Positions 14,843 through 29,560 of a DNA stretch of 64,000 nucleotides are shown piece by piece (the stretch's first letter is position 1; each line of letters opens with the position of its first letter). The notes below the pieces were generated by a model that worked only from the letters and a program-made list of their open reading frames with translations, searched no databases and was not told where the DNA came from. Made by a program: the position numbers and the translations under genes. This stretch comes from the human T2T-CHM13v2.0 reference genome, Homo sapiens: assembly GCF_009914755.1 (NCBI RefSeq), contig NC_060929.1, one strand, 5' to 3'.

Positions 14843-15171
14843 CTATGGCTGAGGCTGTCTCAGCTCTCAGCCTTCCCACCCCAGCTTAGAAAAAAGGAAC
14901 AGAGGATACCCCTTCCTCTGGGATGAGAGGGGAGAGAGGAAGGATACTAAGAGTCACCATCTGCTGAGGTGAGGAGGGTGGAGGCATGAAAAAGCAGTAG
15001 TGCATCAGCCAGGGTTGGATAGAAAGCCTGAGTAGTTTTGAAGATCCAATTAGTGTTATAAATGTTCTTTGCAGAGCCAATAAGCATTTTCATGTGAATT
15101 TCTCCAACAAGATAAAAGAATGGGGTAACTATGCCTAGGGATTGACCTGCTGGCTCTGACCAAGTCATAGG

Positions 15172-15651
15172 TGTTGGGGCTCAGACACTGATGCCCCAAA
15201 ATACAGCATTTTGACATTCCAAACTGAAGAAGCTTCAAGGTGTCTCTGACATTCCTGCATCCCACATTCTCTTTCAAAGGCTTTATCTACCAAAGATCGA
15301 GACCCACCAGGGGAAAGAATTGTTTTTCCTTCCCCTCCCTGTAAGACCGGGAATGTGGCCACACCTGAACAGAACCTTTCACAGGATGACATACAGGTTA
15401 ATCTCTGTTCCCCATCCCTTTTCCTTGGTAATCTCAACCAAATTCCTTTTCTGCCCCCCTCCCATAACCTGTTTTGCTGGGATGGTAGTTAAGCTTCTGA
15501 GTCACTTGAGGGGTGGGTAAACATGTGAGTCTACTTGCGTACATGTTAATAAAACTTATATGCCTTTTCTCCAATTGATCGGCCTTTTGTGAGTTGATTT
15601 TTTCAGAGAACCTTCAGATGGCAAAGGGGAGGATTTCCTTTGGCCTCTGCA
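15172..15651 (+). mobile_element. ERV1 solo LTR (MER31/MER34 group)
   Basis: TG...CA termini (tgttggggctcaga...ggcctctgca), internal aataaa, 4-bp flanks tagg/tggg. Confidence 0.78.
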
Positions 15652-16826
15652 TGGGAAACAGGGACTCCAGGGTGTTCATGAGAGTATTGCTGAAATTGGG
15701 TTCTTGAGGTCCCATCTGGCCGAGGAGCCTATGAAGCCAGGATGGGAAAGATGGAGTGGGGTGAAATCAAGGAACCACCTACAATGAGAATAAAGGGCAG
15801 GATCTATAAGAATAAGGAAGTGGAGAAGTGAGTAAATAGAAAGGCTATAGTCCAAGATTTGGAAGCCTTGATCTTACAGGTGGAGTATTTCCAGGTAGTG
15901 ATAACGTGCAAGGTGTGGTGCCTGTGTGTGGTTGGAGTGTAGTGGAGGAGTGTTACCAAGGTCATCCACCTTCTTGAAGCCACCCAGCAGAGGCAGGCCT
16001 GGGAGGAAGGCAGCAATTGTGGCAAGAAAGGAAAAGTCCTGGAGGTCAAGAAATGAGTGGCAAGGTTAGGGGTGAGAGGGAAGAGTGAAGCCCTGAGAAG
16101 TGAGGTGATGGACAGGATGTGGCCTGGGAGAAACGTTTATTTGGGAAAGTGATGACTATCCTCTCTTTGTCCTGGGAGTCAAGGAAATTTGGCAAACAAC
16201 CACCCCTGGAGTGGGTTTATGAGGGGTGGGATTTTGAAGCAAAAGCCAGCTTTTCATTAGACAAGTAGGTAGAGAAAGTGTAAACAAAAAGTGATAATAT
16301 AGGAGAATTACAACGGGTCAGGAGTTCAGAGGCTCATTGGAAGGAGTGAGTAGGCTTGGGGTATGTTTAAGGAGGGCTGGTTAGCAGGATGGAGACAGAT
16401 GACTTTATATGAGTTCTGGGGGGGTCAGGACTTTTACTAGAGTTTACTAGGAAACCAAATCCACTGCAGAAACAGGCATAGATTTATGTAACTGTGGTAG
16501 GGGCCCATTAGAGATCTTGTGTTACTGATTTACTAATTGTGCTACTGATTTATTACTAATTCATTAGCTGTGACATACACTTTCAGCAAGTGACTAAAAC
16601 CTTATGACCCAGAGTAAAATAATTTTATATCATGACCCAGGTAGCTGTGTGATATGTGTAATAAGTGGGCGTGAGTGTCTAACTAAAGATTCACCGAGCA
16701 ACACTTAACTTCTACTATATGCAACAGCCTCTTATGTTTACTATTCTGTTCTGTTCTAATTCATTTTCTAAGAAAATGCTGGTCATGAACCACTGTGTTG
16801 ATTTTATGATCCGTTAAAACATTACA

Positions 16827-17154
<328 letters not shown>

Positions 17155-17829
17155 TTACACTATCTTGAGCATGTTTTGGTAATAGTTATGTTCTGCATAA
17201 CAATATCCCATAAGATTATAATGGGGCTGAAAAATTCCCAATCAAAGCATTACTCACGTGTTTGTGGTGATGCTGGTATAAACCTACTGTGCTGCCAGTC
17301 ATATGAAAGTATAGCGCATACAAATGTGTACAGTACATAATACTTCATAATGGTAATACTTATGTTACTGCTTTATGTATTTACTATGTTTTTATGTTAT
17401 TTTTAGAGTGAACTTTCTCTACTTAAAATAAAAAGCAAATTGTAAAATGGCCCCAGGCAGGCCCTTTTGGAGGCACTGGAGGAGAAGGCATTGTTATCAT
17501 AGGAGATAACAGCTCCATGCAGACCTTTCAGTGGGACAAGATGTGGAGGTGGAAGACAGTGATATTGATGATCCTGACTCATGTGGGATCTTGCTAATAT
17601 GTGTGTTTGTGTCTTAGTTTATAGCAAAAAAGTTTAAAAAGTAAAAAAAAAATTAAAAAGTTAAAAATAGAAAAAAGCTTATAGAATAAGGACATAAAGG
17701 GAAAAATATTTTTGTACAGCAGTAAAATGTATTTGTGTTAAGCTAATGAGTCAAAAAGTTAAAATTCAAAAGTTTATAAAGTAAAAAATTACAGTAAGCT
17801 AGGGTTAATTTATTATTGAAGAAAGAACC

Positions 17830-18176
<347 letters not shown>

Positions 18177-18283
18177 ATTTAGCATACCCTAAGTGTACGA
18201 TGTTTATAAAGTCTACAGTAGTGTACGGTAATGTCCTAGGGCTTCACATTCACTATCCTAAAGGACAGTGACACAAGTCCTGT

Positions 18284-18374
18284 CCTCAAGTGATCCGCCC
18301 ACCTTGGCCTCCCAAAGTGTTGGGATTACAGGCGTGAGCCAGGCGTGGTTGTGCGCACATGTAATCCCAGCTAC
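18284..18374. mobile_element. Fused inverted Alu fragments
   Basis: Antisense left-arm piece joined at agcca to a sense right-arm piece. Confidence 0.85.
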
Positions 18375-20566
18375 AGGCCGGGCCCCCTTTTTATGTTTAG
18401 ATACACAAATACCACCATGCTACAACTGCCTACAGTACTGAGTATAGTCACATGCTGTATGGGTGTGTAGCCCAGGAGCAATAGGCCATATATCCTAGGT
18501 GTGTAGAAGGCTGTACCATCTAGGTTTGTTTAAGTGCACTCTGTGATGTTTGCGCAATGACGGAATCACCTAATGACATACTTCTCAGAACACATTTCCC
18601 TCATTAAGTGATACATGACCGCACTAGGTGCTGCTTCCTAGGCATCTCTGGGAGGAAGAACATTAATTTTAATTTTCTGTACCTAGTTCATACTTGGGGT
18701 TTATTGTACCATCTGGGAGAAACCAGGAGGTGTTTAGTTAGGCCTTTCCCTGCTCACAACTTTCATAGGCTCCGTTTTCCCTGCAGGATCATGGAAGGGC
18801 ACCTCCTGAGCCTGGCCCAGGAGCCCATACTCACCCCTTTTACACCGCCTCCGCCTTCCCGCCATGGTTGATCGTTCTCTCCTCAGTTATGCCTCAGGTC
18901 CCTGTCCTGCTTCCACTGTGCATAGTATGCTTTATGGTAACTTTCTCCATGTGTTGTCCTCTCTTAGCAGTCAGGGAGCTCCCTGAGGAAGACATTCTCA
19001 CTCGCTGTACCCCACTGCCTTGCACGGGGCCTGTGCAGAATGGGTGCTAGGTTGCTTTGCCTGAGTGAGTGTTGTGATCTCAGAAGTTCTGGCTTAGGCT
19101 TCTTGTCCCTGTGCTTTTGTCTAGAGAGGCTTTGTGAGGGACGCTGATTCTGTTGGATAGCCTTTGAATGATTTTCATTCTCAATTGCATGGATCGCTTT
19201 GGGGAACACAGACCAGCTGGCTGTGCTTGGCAGCAAGGTGTTGTGTGGTGGAAATGGCTGAATTCCACATATCCTCTGTTACTCACAGACATTTAGGGGA
19301 GCACGTGCCATCCCTCTCACAATTTTGAATACATAGGACCGGGTGCTCCTCACCCTTCCATTTCAGTGGGATAGTTTGTCTAGCAGCTGCTCTGTGCTGA
19401 TGACATTATGAAATAGGGATTTTAAAGGACCTCTGTGCAAATGGAGCCCCTCAACCCCTGACGATGTGTTCTGCACAAATAGATTTAAGTAGGCTTTTTA
19501 TGCATCAGAACTGCCTGCAATCTGAAACACACCAACAAGACAGGTTCAAGGATGAATTAACAAAGGTTCAGCAGACTTAAATGATATTCAGAAGTCTTGT
19601 GGCTAAGTCAAATTATAAATAAACTCATGTGTGTGGTGTAGAACTGTGTGTGTGTGTTGGTTTTGAGAGACTGATAGAAGGAAGAAGTAGATGGAGTATT
19701 ATTTTCTTACTCCTGATGTGTCTCCCAGGCTGGATGATGACAAAGAACAAAGGAGAAGTTGTCAGGCTCAGTCAAGGAGAAGGGAGGAGCGATATGGTTT
19801 AAGTGTGGAGGAAGAGAATTGAAGGGACATTTGTGCCACTTTACGCACCCACAGAGCTGTTTGTGTAGGTGGGGGCTGGGCAGGGAGTGTCACCAGAGAC
19901 TTTGACTTCTCTGCCTCAGAACTTCACTCAGTGGGGTGTCTGTGTGCCTCAGATTAATGTCAGCCTGCTCAGGGAGAAGCAAATATGTGTCCTCTGAGGG
20001 ATAAGGCACATATTTCACATACCCTCTGTTCTGGATGGAGCTGAGCTCAAGGGACTGGGTGGAGAGGAGGTCCTCTTCTCTCAAACATGGCCCTTCTTTC
20101 TCGCAGCCATACTTTTGCTAATCCCCTCTCTCTGGAATAGTTTTCTTATTCCTTTCTCCCTCAATTATCATTTTACTCCTTTTAAAGTCTACCTGGTCTT
20201 CATAGATGAACCCAGAGCTTATCTTTTCTCTGCAGATTTCTTGGTCACCCAAATAGTGGTAATTTTTCTTCTGAACGCCCCTAGCACTTACTGTCCATAT
20301 CACTTCTGTGTCATGTATAACAGAATAGCAGATGGAGGAAGCTCAGTGTTTTTGTGTCTCATATACATAGGCAACTTCCATATTATTGTTCTGTATGTTA
20401 TCTTGTCTCCCCAAATACAGCCCCAATGTGTCAATTCTTACCATGTCTGCTACAGTTCCTAGGGGATTTTGCAGGGGGAAAGAAGTGAGTTGTCATGTAA
20501 ATGAAATAATGGTGTACCTTGACTGAGGATGTGAGAGAATTTTTTGTGCATCCCTGGGCACACAGC

Positions 20567-20945
20567 TGTCTTAGTCTCTTGTGCCCCTATAACAGAGTAC
20601 CTGAGACTGAGTAACTTATAAAGAACAGAAATTTGTTTCTCGCAGTTCTGGAGACTGAATGTCCAAGATCAAAGTACTGGTGGGTTTGGTGTCCCATACC
20701 AGCTGGTTATCTGTTTCCAAGATGGCATCTTGTAGCTGCATCCTCCGTTGGTGGAAGTGATGGAAGGAAGGTCAATAAGGCCCTACCTAGTTCCCTCCAG
20801 CCCTTTTATAAGGTCACTAATCCCATTCATGAGAGCTCTGCCCTCATGACTTAATCATCTCCTAAAGGATCCACCTCTTAATGCTATCACAATGGTGATG
20901 AAGTTTCAACATATGAATTTGGGGGCACACATTCAGGCCATAGCA
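20567..20945 (-). mobile_element. MaLR solo LTR (MLT1A/MST-like)
   Basis: tgtcttagtc...ctataacagagtacctgagactg...cacattcaggccatagca. Confidence 0.85.
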
Positions 20946-20982
20946 GCAGCCTTATATGGGAACTGACAATATTGTCTCTACC

Positions 20983-21612
<630 letters not shown>

Positions 21613-24336
21613 AGGCCCTGCATTCTTGATCCTTAGTCTAACAGGAGCCTCTTAGGGATCTTCTGATTATTCCAGGAAGAAGCAAGAAAGGTTACAGGGT
21701 TGTGTTTCATGTATTAGGAGGCAAATTAAAGCTTTAAGAGAATAGAAACAGAGAATTTACCAATGAGGTGCACTTAACTTTTTTCTCCCTTAGTTTTCTT
21801 CCCATATTCACATTTACCACAGAAAGGAGAAACAGGAAAAATTTACAACAGAAAGGAGAAACTCACCAAGTACTTACGCAAATACAAGTAGCGCATGGGA
21901 TGCATTCTTTTTCTTCTGTCCTGTGCACCTGCCTTACCTTTTCCCAGGGTGAGTGGATGATAGCGTGGCATCTTTGCAGGAAGAGCTTGTAGAGAAGAAA
22001 TGGTGATTCCAGCCACCTCAGCCTCTGCTTCTGATAGCCTCTTGCTTTGTTCCTGAAGTTAAATAACCAAAATATATGCTTATAAAGTGGTGATGAAAAA
22101 TTACTTCTTGGTCAATAGGTGTCTCTGATGGCAGCAAATCCATGTTGCATTTGTCTTTTTCTCTTAATAAAGGACTTGATGGACTGTGACAAGATTGGCC
22201 ACCTATTTTAGAGTCATTGGAATTAAATTAAGACATGCCCACACTACCTAATTTCATAAGGGTGGTGCTGGAGGGAGAAGAGGATAGTACATACAGAAGG
22301 AAGAGGGTGGCCCAATATCGACATGTTAATACCCAGGACTAAAAACAAAGTCTCTACTGTTATAAAGGCCAGGAAGGATGTTCTCTTTCTACCCAGGCAA
22401 ACACTGTCCAAATTTTATCCACAGGAAAATCAAGGCTCAGTTATTCATTGTGTACAGCTGCAGAAACAATAGAAAATATAGCCCCTTGGTTATCAGAGCA
22501 GCATTATCCAAATAAAATTATCAGGCTCAATGTAGCCTTGACTGAAATGTGTGGAGGTAACATGCTGCTTTTGTTCTTCTCAAACAATGTATGAACCATA
22601 GTCGATTTATTTTTCCTAGTCCTGGTTCTGTTAGTGCCTGAGTGGCCTTGAGCAAAGCACTGTCTCTGTGGCTCAACTTCTGAATTTATGAAATGGGTCC
22701 AGGAACACCTTTCACACCTATATCCCAGCATTATGATGTGAAAAGCAGCCTAAAAATTAAGCGCTACATTGCTATGAATTGTAAAGTGTGGAAACATGGA
22801 ATAAAATACCTCTTAAGCTCCATTGTTTATTATGAAAAACATTTTCAGTAGTAGGAACAGCTGTGAATCAGGCAGCCCAACTTAATTAGAGTCAAAGAAT
22901 GTGCGCCTTCAGCTGCTTTTTATTGATAGTGTTTGCACGTTTACTTCCTGAATAGCATAAATAGAGGTGGAGTAGGTTTATGCAGGGAAGAATAAGTACA
23001 TTGGAACAACCTAGAAGTGGAATCTTCCTTCTGTAAACAATATTCTCAATACCAGATACAGGCCCCTCTGTTGTAGCACCGGGAGAGTAGGAGACCTCTT
23101 TTTAAACCTAGAAGTATATGCATGTGGTTAATTATACATTTACAAGGTAAAGAAAGCATCCATCAAGGAAATACTTGGAGCAATATTGGCCCAGCAAATT
23201 CAGCTTTTAAATATAATTCGTATTGGAACAACTGGCATCTCCTTCAGAAAGAAAAATAAGGTGGTCAAAATGTTGATTCTCTAACCTACCATCTTGGATA
23301 GGGCTGGATGTTAAGTCACTGGCTCTTACAGGTGATGTGGGCAGCACGTAGACTGGGTGTTTTCGAGTCAAGCGCATAAAAGGCTGCAGGTTTTCTCCTG
23401 GCCACCCGGGGCACTGCAGTAGGACGGCACCTCTCCTGAAATAAAGCTAATTTAGGCTCACCTCAGCTCCCCCATGGGTTGGGATATGTGTGTGTCTGCT
23501 CTTGCTAAGTGCCAGATTTATAATTTTGTTCTCTTATGCTAGTCCTGCAGCCTCTTCTTTCCATCCCCACCCCATGCCAGCCAAGCAGAATTGGGGGGAT
23601 GGGGAGAGGACTCTAAACAGACAGCTCCTTAGCCTCTCAGAGGCCCCTGGGAAGAGCCACAGGATAGGCAAGGGTCAAGGGAATAATAGCTTTTCCTTCT
23701 TCCTGAGAAGCCTTCTAGAATTCCCCTAAAGAACTAGGGGACGCAATGTGAATCAAATAGAGAAGCCTTCCTGACTTCAGGATGTTAGGGATACACATTT
23801 TTTGAGGGCGGAGACTCTCATTGTTCATTTTTTTTTTTCCTGTCCAGCAGGTTCTCGGTGTGGTGGTTAAAATGACTTCCAGCTTGGGCCCCAGACATTT
23901 CTTTGGAAGAATCTTGCTTTAAAACCTAAATTTAAGCTAAGCCCCATAGAAAGAGCAAACGAAACTTCAAAGAACTCAAAATAGAGCATGTAATTTCATG
24001 TGTTGTGAAGGCTTATGAGGAAAGTGGCTTTAGTCAGGTGTCAACACCTTCTCAGGGTTACAAGGAATAACCTAGTCCAGCTGCCATTGCAGATGTGGGG
24101 GCGCAGGTTGTGACAGGTGGCCCCTCAGGTGGGGAGGGCTGTCTTAGTGCTAGCTGGTCTCCACTTGTCTGTTCTGCTTCCCACTTGAGAGTACTGTGTT
24201 CATTCCTCCTTTATGGGGTGTTCCCCCATCATGTTTTTAAGTGTCAGAATGTTGGGCAGAGGGTTCTTTTCTGCATCATCCTATAAAGCAATCACTAAAT
24301 ATATCGGGCTATGAAGCACTTTTCCTTTAAAAAAAA

Positions 24337-24563
24337 TTTTTTTTTCTTTAGAAACGGGGTCTTTATGTAACAAACCTGCACGTTGTGCACATGTACCCTA
24401 GAACTGAAAGTATAATAAAAAAATTAAAAAAAGAAACGGGGTTTTGCTCTGTCACCAAGGCTGGAGTGCAGTGGCTCAATCATTAATCACTGCAGCTTTG
24501 ACTTCCTGGACTCAAGCAGTCCTCCCACCTCAGCCTCCAAAAGCACTGGGATTACAGGTGGCC
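24337..24563 (-). mobile_element. AluJ-like partial element interrupted by an L1 micro-insertion
   Basis: ttttgctctgtcaccaaggctggagtgcagtgg...gggattacagg. Confidence 0.8.
24364..24431 (+). mobile_element. Extremely 5'-truncated L1PA 3' end
   Basis: tatgtaacaaacctgcacgttgtgcacatgtaccctagaact-aaagtataataaa plus A tail; TSD agaaacggggt at 24350 and 24432. Confidence 0.92.
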
Positions 24564-24584
24564 TCATTTCTCTCTCTCTCTCTC

Positions 24585-24880
24585 TTTTTGTTATTGTTGT
24601 TATTGTTGTTGTTGAGACGGGGTCTCACTCTGTCACCCAGGCTGGAGTGCAGTGGCATGATCACGACTCATTGCAGACCTGACCTGGGCTGAAGGGATCC
24701 TCCTGCCTCAGCCTTGTGAGTAGCTGGGACTACAGGTGTATGCCACCATGCCTGGCTATGCTTTTAATTTTTTGAAGCAACAGAGTCTTCCTGTGTTGCC
24801 CAGTCTGGTCTCCAGCTCCTAAGCAATCCTCTGACTTGGCCTCCCAAAGTGCTGGGAGGTGTGAGCTATGGTGTCCAGCC
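24585..24880 (-). mobile_element. AluJ
   Basis: Antisense Alu with a (TTG)n-type tail. Confidence 0.9.
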
Positions 24881-25823
24881 TTCTTTTTTCAAAATCATTT
24901 TCATACCTGCTTTCCCTATAACACCTCGAGGTAGGGTGCGAATGGGCACAGAGGGAAGAGAGCTGAGCCTATATCCAGAGCCCAGGCCAGAACCCAATTC
25001 TCTGGATGACCATGCTTCTTCGGTAAGTATATTTTTGTGGAATATTTGGAGCTCTTTTGACACATAAAGATTTACTAAACAACATATTCACATATGGCAA
25101 AATATTATCTATAAATAGCTTCAAAATGTCTTTGCTTTAGTTTTAGGTTCTGATTTGCTGTGGTGTAGTGAGGACAGAATTTTTCTTTTGCTGTATTTTA
25201 ATTGCAATAGCGAGTAAACAAACCTTTTCTCCCCCCTTGGTTATACTTTTCTTTGGTTTCCTTGGAGTTTTCCTTGGTTACATTGAAAACCACCCAGTAT
25301 TTGCATTTGCATGGGTTAGTTCTTAAAGTCCTAAGTGGGTCCTAGTGTTTGGAGGTTTTGTAGAAATCATATCTTTGTGTAGTACAGGCCACACATGGGG
25401 AGTTGAATGTCCATGTAGTCATTGGAGAAGTGGCCAGAGTTGGGTGTCAGAGCTGCTGTTTGGACTTGGACAGATCCTGAGTGTGTCATCCTTGGCCAGG
25501 CACTCATTCTGTACAGCCCCCCAGGTGTGGCTCTAGGGAGAGAGCAGGTATGCACTGCTGGGTCTGTCCTGTTCTCTGTAGCTTCTGGATGGGAGGAAGG
25601 GTGACCTTTTCCAATTGTATTTTATATATTTGACATATTTCAAGTACATTTTAACTTTGAGTCTTAATTTTATTTTTTTCCACAGCTTTAGTAGGAAGAT
25701 TTTCAATGACTTCCTCAGCACATACAATTTTTCTGGTTTTAATTTTTGTAAAAACTTGATCCTTGATGTTTAGATTCACCTTTTTCTCCCCTTAAAAATC
25801 CAGCCAAGGGCCAATTAATGATA

Positions 25824-25837
25824 GTTGCTATGGTAAC
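25824..25837. promoter_or_regulatory. Candidate RFX X-box
   Basis: GTTGCTATGGTAAC, near-palindromic match to GTTGCCATGGCAAC, with CCAAT at 25811. Confidence 0.45.
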
Positions 25838-26783
25838 TTTGGTGAAATTCAGAATGTTCCTAATGCAAAGAGCAATATGCTTGAACAGTAGATTTCATTT
25901 AAAATGTAGAAGAAGAATTTGCTTTGGTATAAAGGTGTTCAGCTGAACCTTCATGAAGAAAGTTGCCAAGGACTGAAAGTGCAAAAGGTTATAGTTTGAA
26001 AAGCTTATCATGGGAATTTTTAGCCATCTTTTAAATAAATAAATCTCATTTGGTTGCAGCATGTTTGCCCTGTACATAAATAAAGCTTAGATTTTGTTTG
26101 GGTCTCCAAAACATGGATTTAAAATTCTGCCCAGTTTTATGTCCCCTCATCAAATGATTTTACCATGTATTAGATTATAATGTTAGTGATGTTTCTGGCT
26201 TATATTAATATACTGCTTTATGTTGAAATAAACTCATTTTCATCCTCAACACATAAATTTCATCAATTTCAGACCTTAAGCACGGTTATCAACCTGTTAG
26301 ATGCTTCTATTTGACTTTGCTTAAATAGCGCTGAAGGCCTGTCAGATGACTAGGGGGAAGTTTTTCCTAAACAAATTCAAGTTATTTTGCCAATTCAGTG
26401 ATTTTTTTTTAAAAAAAGGATTTCTTTAATAAAATGAATGTTATCACACCCTTAAAAGTGACAACACCCATGTAAAAGAAGCTGATTGTATATCTAAATA
26501 TCATAAAAAAGATCATTGAATTTAAACTTCTTCAGAGTTTTGTTTTGTTTTGTTTTGTTTGCCACTGTAGCCACCATTACAAGCTCAGTTATAAGTAATA
26601 AGTGAACTGTTTCTCATTTATTTTCCTTTTTATATCTGTCCTAGGCACATTTTCTTACCTAGGAGTTTACTAATCATTTAACCTGAGGACTATCTAGAAT
26701 ATATGATGTTTAATATTTTAGTCACCTGCATTTATCATAACTGAGCATTTGATCCATGCCAAACACTGTTTTAAGCACAATAG

Positions 26784-27172
<389 letters not shown>

Positions 27173-27739
27173 TCAGTTTGAATGGGGGGATGTGGATGCG
27201 GATCTTACACTTAGGATCACTGTAAGAAAAAAGTTTATCTTTATAGTATTATTTATTAATTGAAGTTGGCTTTTATTTGTACATTGGTATGCAAATTCAA
27301 GTTTGTAGATGTTGCAAAGTGGATATTGGAGTCTAGCCATTCTAACACTTCATCATAAGGCAGCTTCCCTCCTCCACTTCACCACCCCTCCAGGCAGATC
27401 TGCATGCAGTGGTGCTCAGGCACATGTATGTGCTTTTTTTTATGCAGCGAGGTTAGAGAATGGGGGGCAGGGTCTTTTCCTACATGGGGTAGGGGTGCAT
27501 TGGCCAGACACTGCATCTGTCTGTTCTCCACTCTGTCCTGGCACAGCTCACCTCCAGAACACAGAGCCCAAAGCTGTCCTGAAGCAGTGGGTCAGAAAAC
27601 ATGTTTGAATACTCAGACACATGGAATATGTCCAGTCCTTTTCAAAATTCAAAATGGTAGAACCATATTGGGAAGCCATGACTGGGGACAAGGAATAAGC
27701 TTTATCAGGCCCTAGTCAGAAAGGAGTTTAGGGCTGACT

Positions 27740-27915
27740 GGAGTTGTAGGACATGGGAGCCTATCCTCACATCTGGGGATCACCCCTTGCCGTTCATGTG
27801 ACCTTGAATGATCACTGAGCCTCCCATCTGTGGTTTTCTTGGGGAATGATACCAAGTCATAGGACTGCTGTGAGCACTGGATGTAATAATGGATACAAAA
27901 ACTGTTTTAGCAGTG
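27740..27915 (+). mobile_element. MIR fragment
   Basis: tgtgaccttgaatgatcactgagcctc...ataggactgctgtgag. Confidence 0.5.
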
Positions 27916-29024
27916 AGCACAGTTTCCTTGGGACTTGGTAACTGATAGCTGTCAATTCCTAATCCTCATTTAAATTATTATAAATGTGAGGTGAAGGGAA
28001 GGAGAAATTCTTGTTAGTGAGAAATTAGCTTACTCTTTGGCATCAAAGTGTGACATTTGTCTGTGGTATCTGTTAATCAAGTTCTATTGATCAAGCTAAG
28101 GTCAGATCCTTCTCTTATAGATTAAATATTCTTTTTTTAAAAAAATTATTGGTTGTTTTTTTCTTGGTTTTCAGTTTATAATGAATGCCTATCTTTTAAG
28201 ATTGACCTAGGGGAGCAGTGTAGGATAAAATATCAAGTTCCCTGCGAAAGATTCTGTGCTTCTGAATAACAATAAACTACAAGGTCAACTTTCTAGAATA
28301 AAATTCTTCTGATCTAAAAACATATCCATTTGGGGAAAGGTCAGAGAAACTGAGATTCAATAATTCATCTTTTGAGGGTTCATCTTGTTTATGCGAGTCA
28401 TTTCTTTGAACAGTTTGATCAGGTTTTGCTTCAGTAAGGGAGGTACGAAGATACAAGGTACGTGTTGCCTCAAGGAGAGAGGTTGTAGGTTTGCCCTTTC
28501 CCTGTAATGGCCGGACTAATCCACCAGCTTATATTAGGAAGATTAGCCATCTGTTAGCTTCTAAAACAGAGGCAAAAGTTTCTGCTTTCAGATTCTCTTG
28601 GTGTGCGGGCTTGGGAAGGACAGATGGGAGCTAATAAATATCATACCTTGAAAGGCCAAGCACCCGGCTGAGTTGTCCTATCCACTGTTAAGTCCAGCCC
28701 CCACAGCAGTCCTGTGATGTAGGTGTTGTTCCTCCCTTCAGGTAGGAGGTTCAGTAATCATTCAGGGTCACACGACTGGAAAAGGCTGACCCCAGATGTA
28801 AAGCCAGGCTCCCAGCTCCTTGTTCTTCCACTGTGTTCTAAACTCCTTCCCAGCTTGCGCTTGACACAGCCTTGTCTTCTCTCCCTCCGTGCCTCGCAGT
28901 GGTAGGGTTCCATGGAACACGCAGGTGAACAGTTTGACCTATGGATGAGCCGATCTGGAGAGCCTGCCTGGTGGGAGCAGGTTGGTCCCTGCAGTCCAGA
29001 GTCTGCACACAGTCCTTCCAGTGA

Positions 29025-29560
<536 letters not shown>

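Noticed and set aside
23350-23420. CATAAAAG TATA-like motif with a few CpGs
   Set aside because: No CpG island or identifiable first exon; a motif alone does not support a promoter call
24931-25028. Possible 92-bp cryptic exon ending in CG|GTAAGT
   Set aside because: Weak GAG acceptor, frameshifting length and no supporting homology
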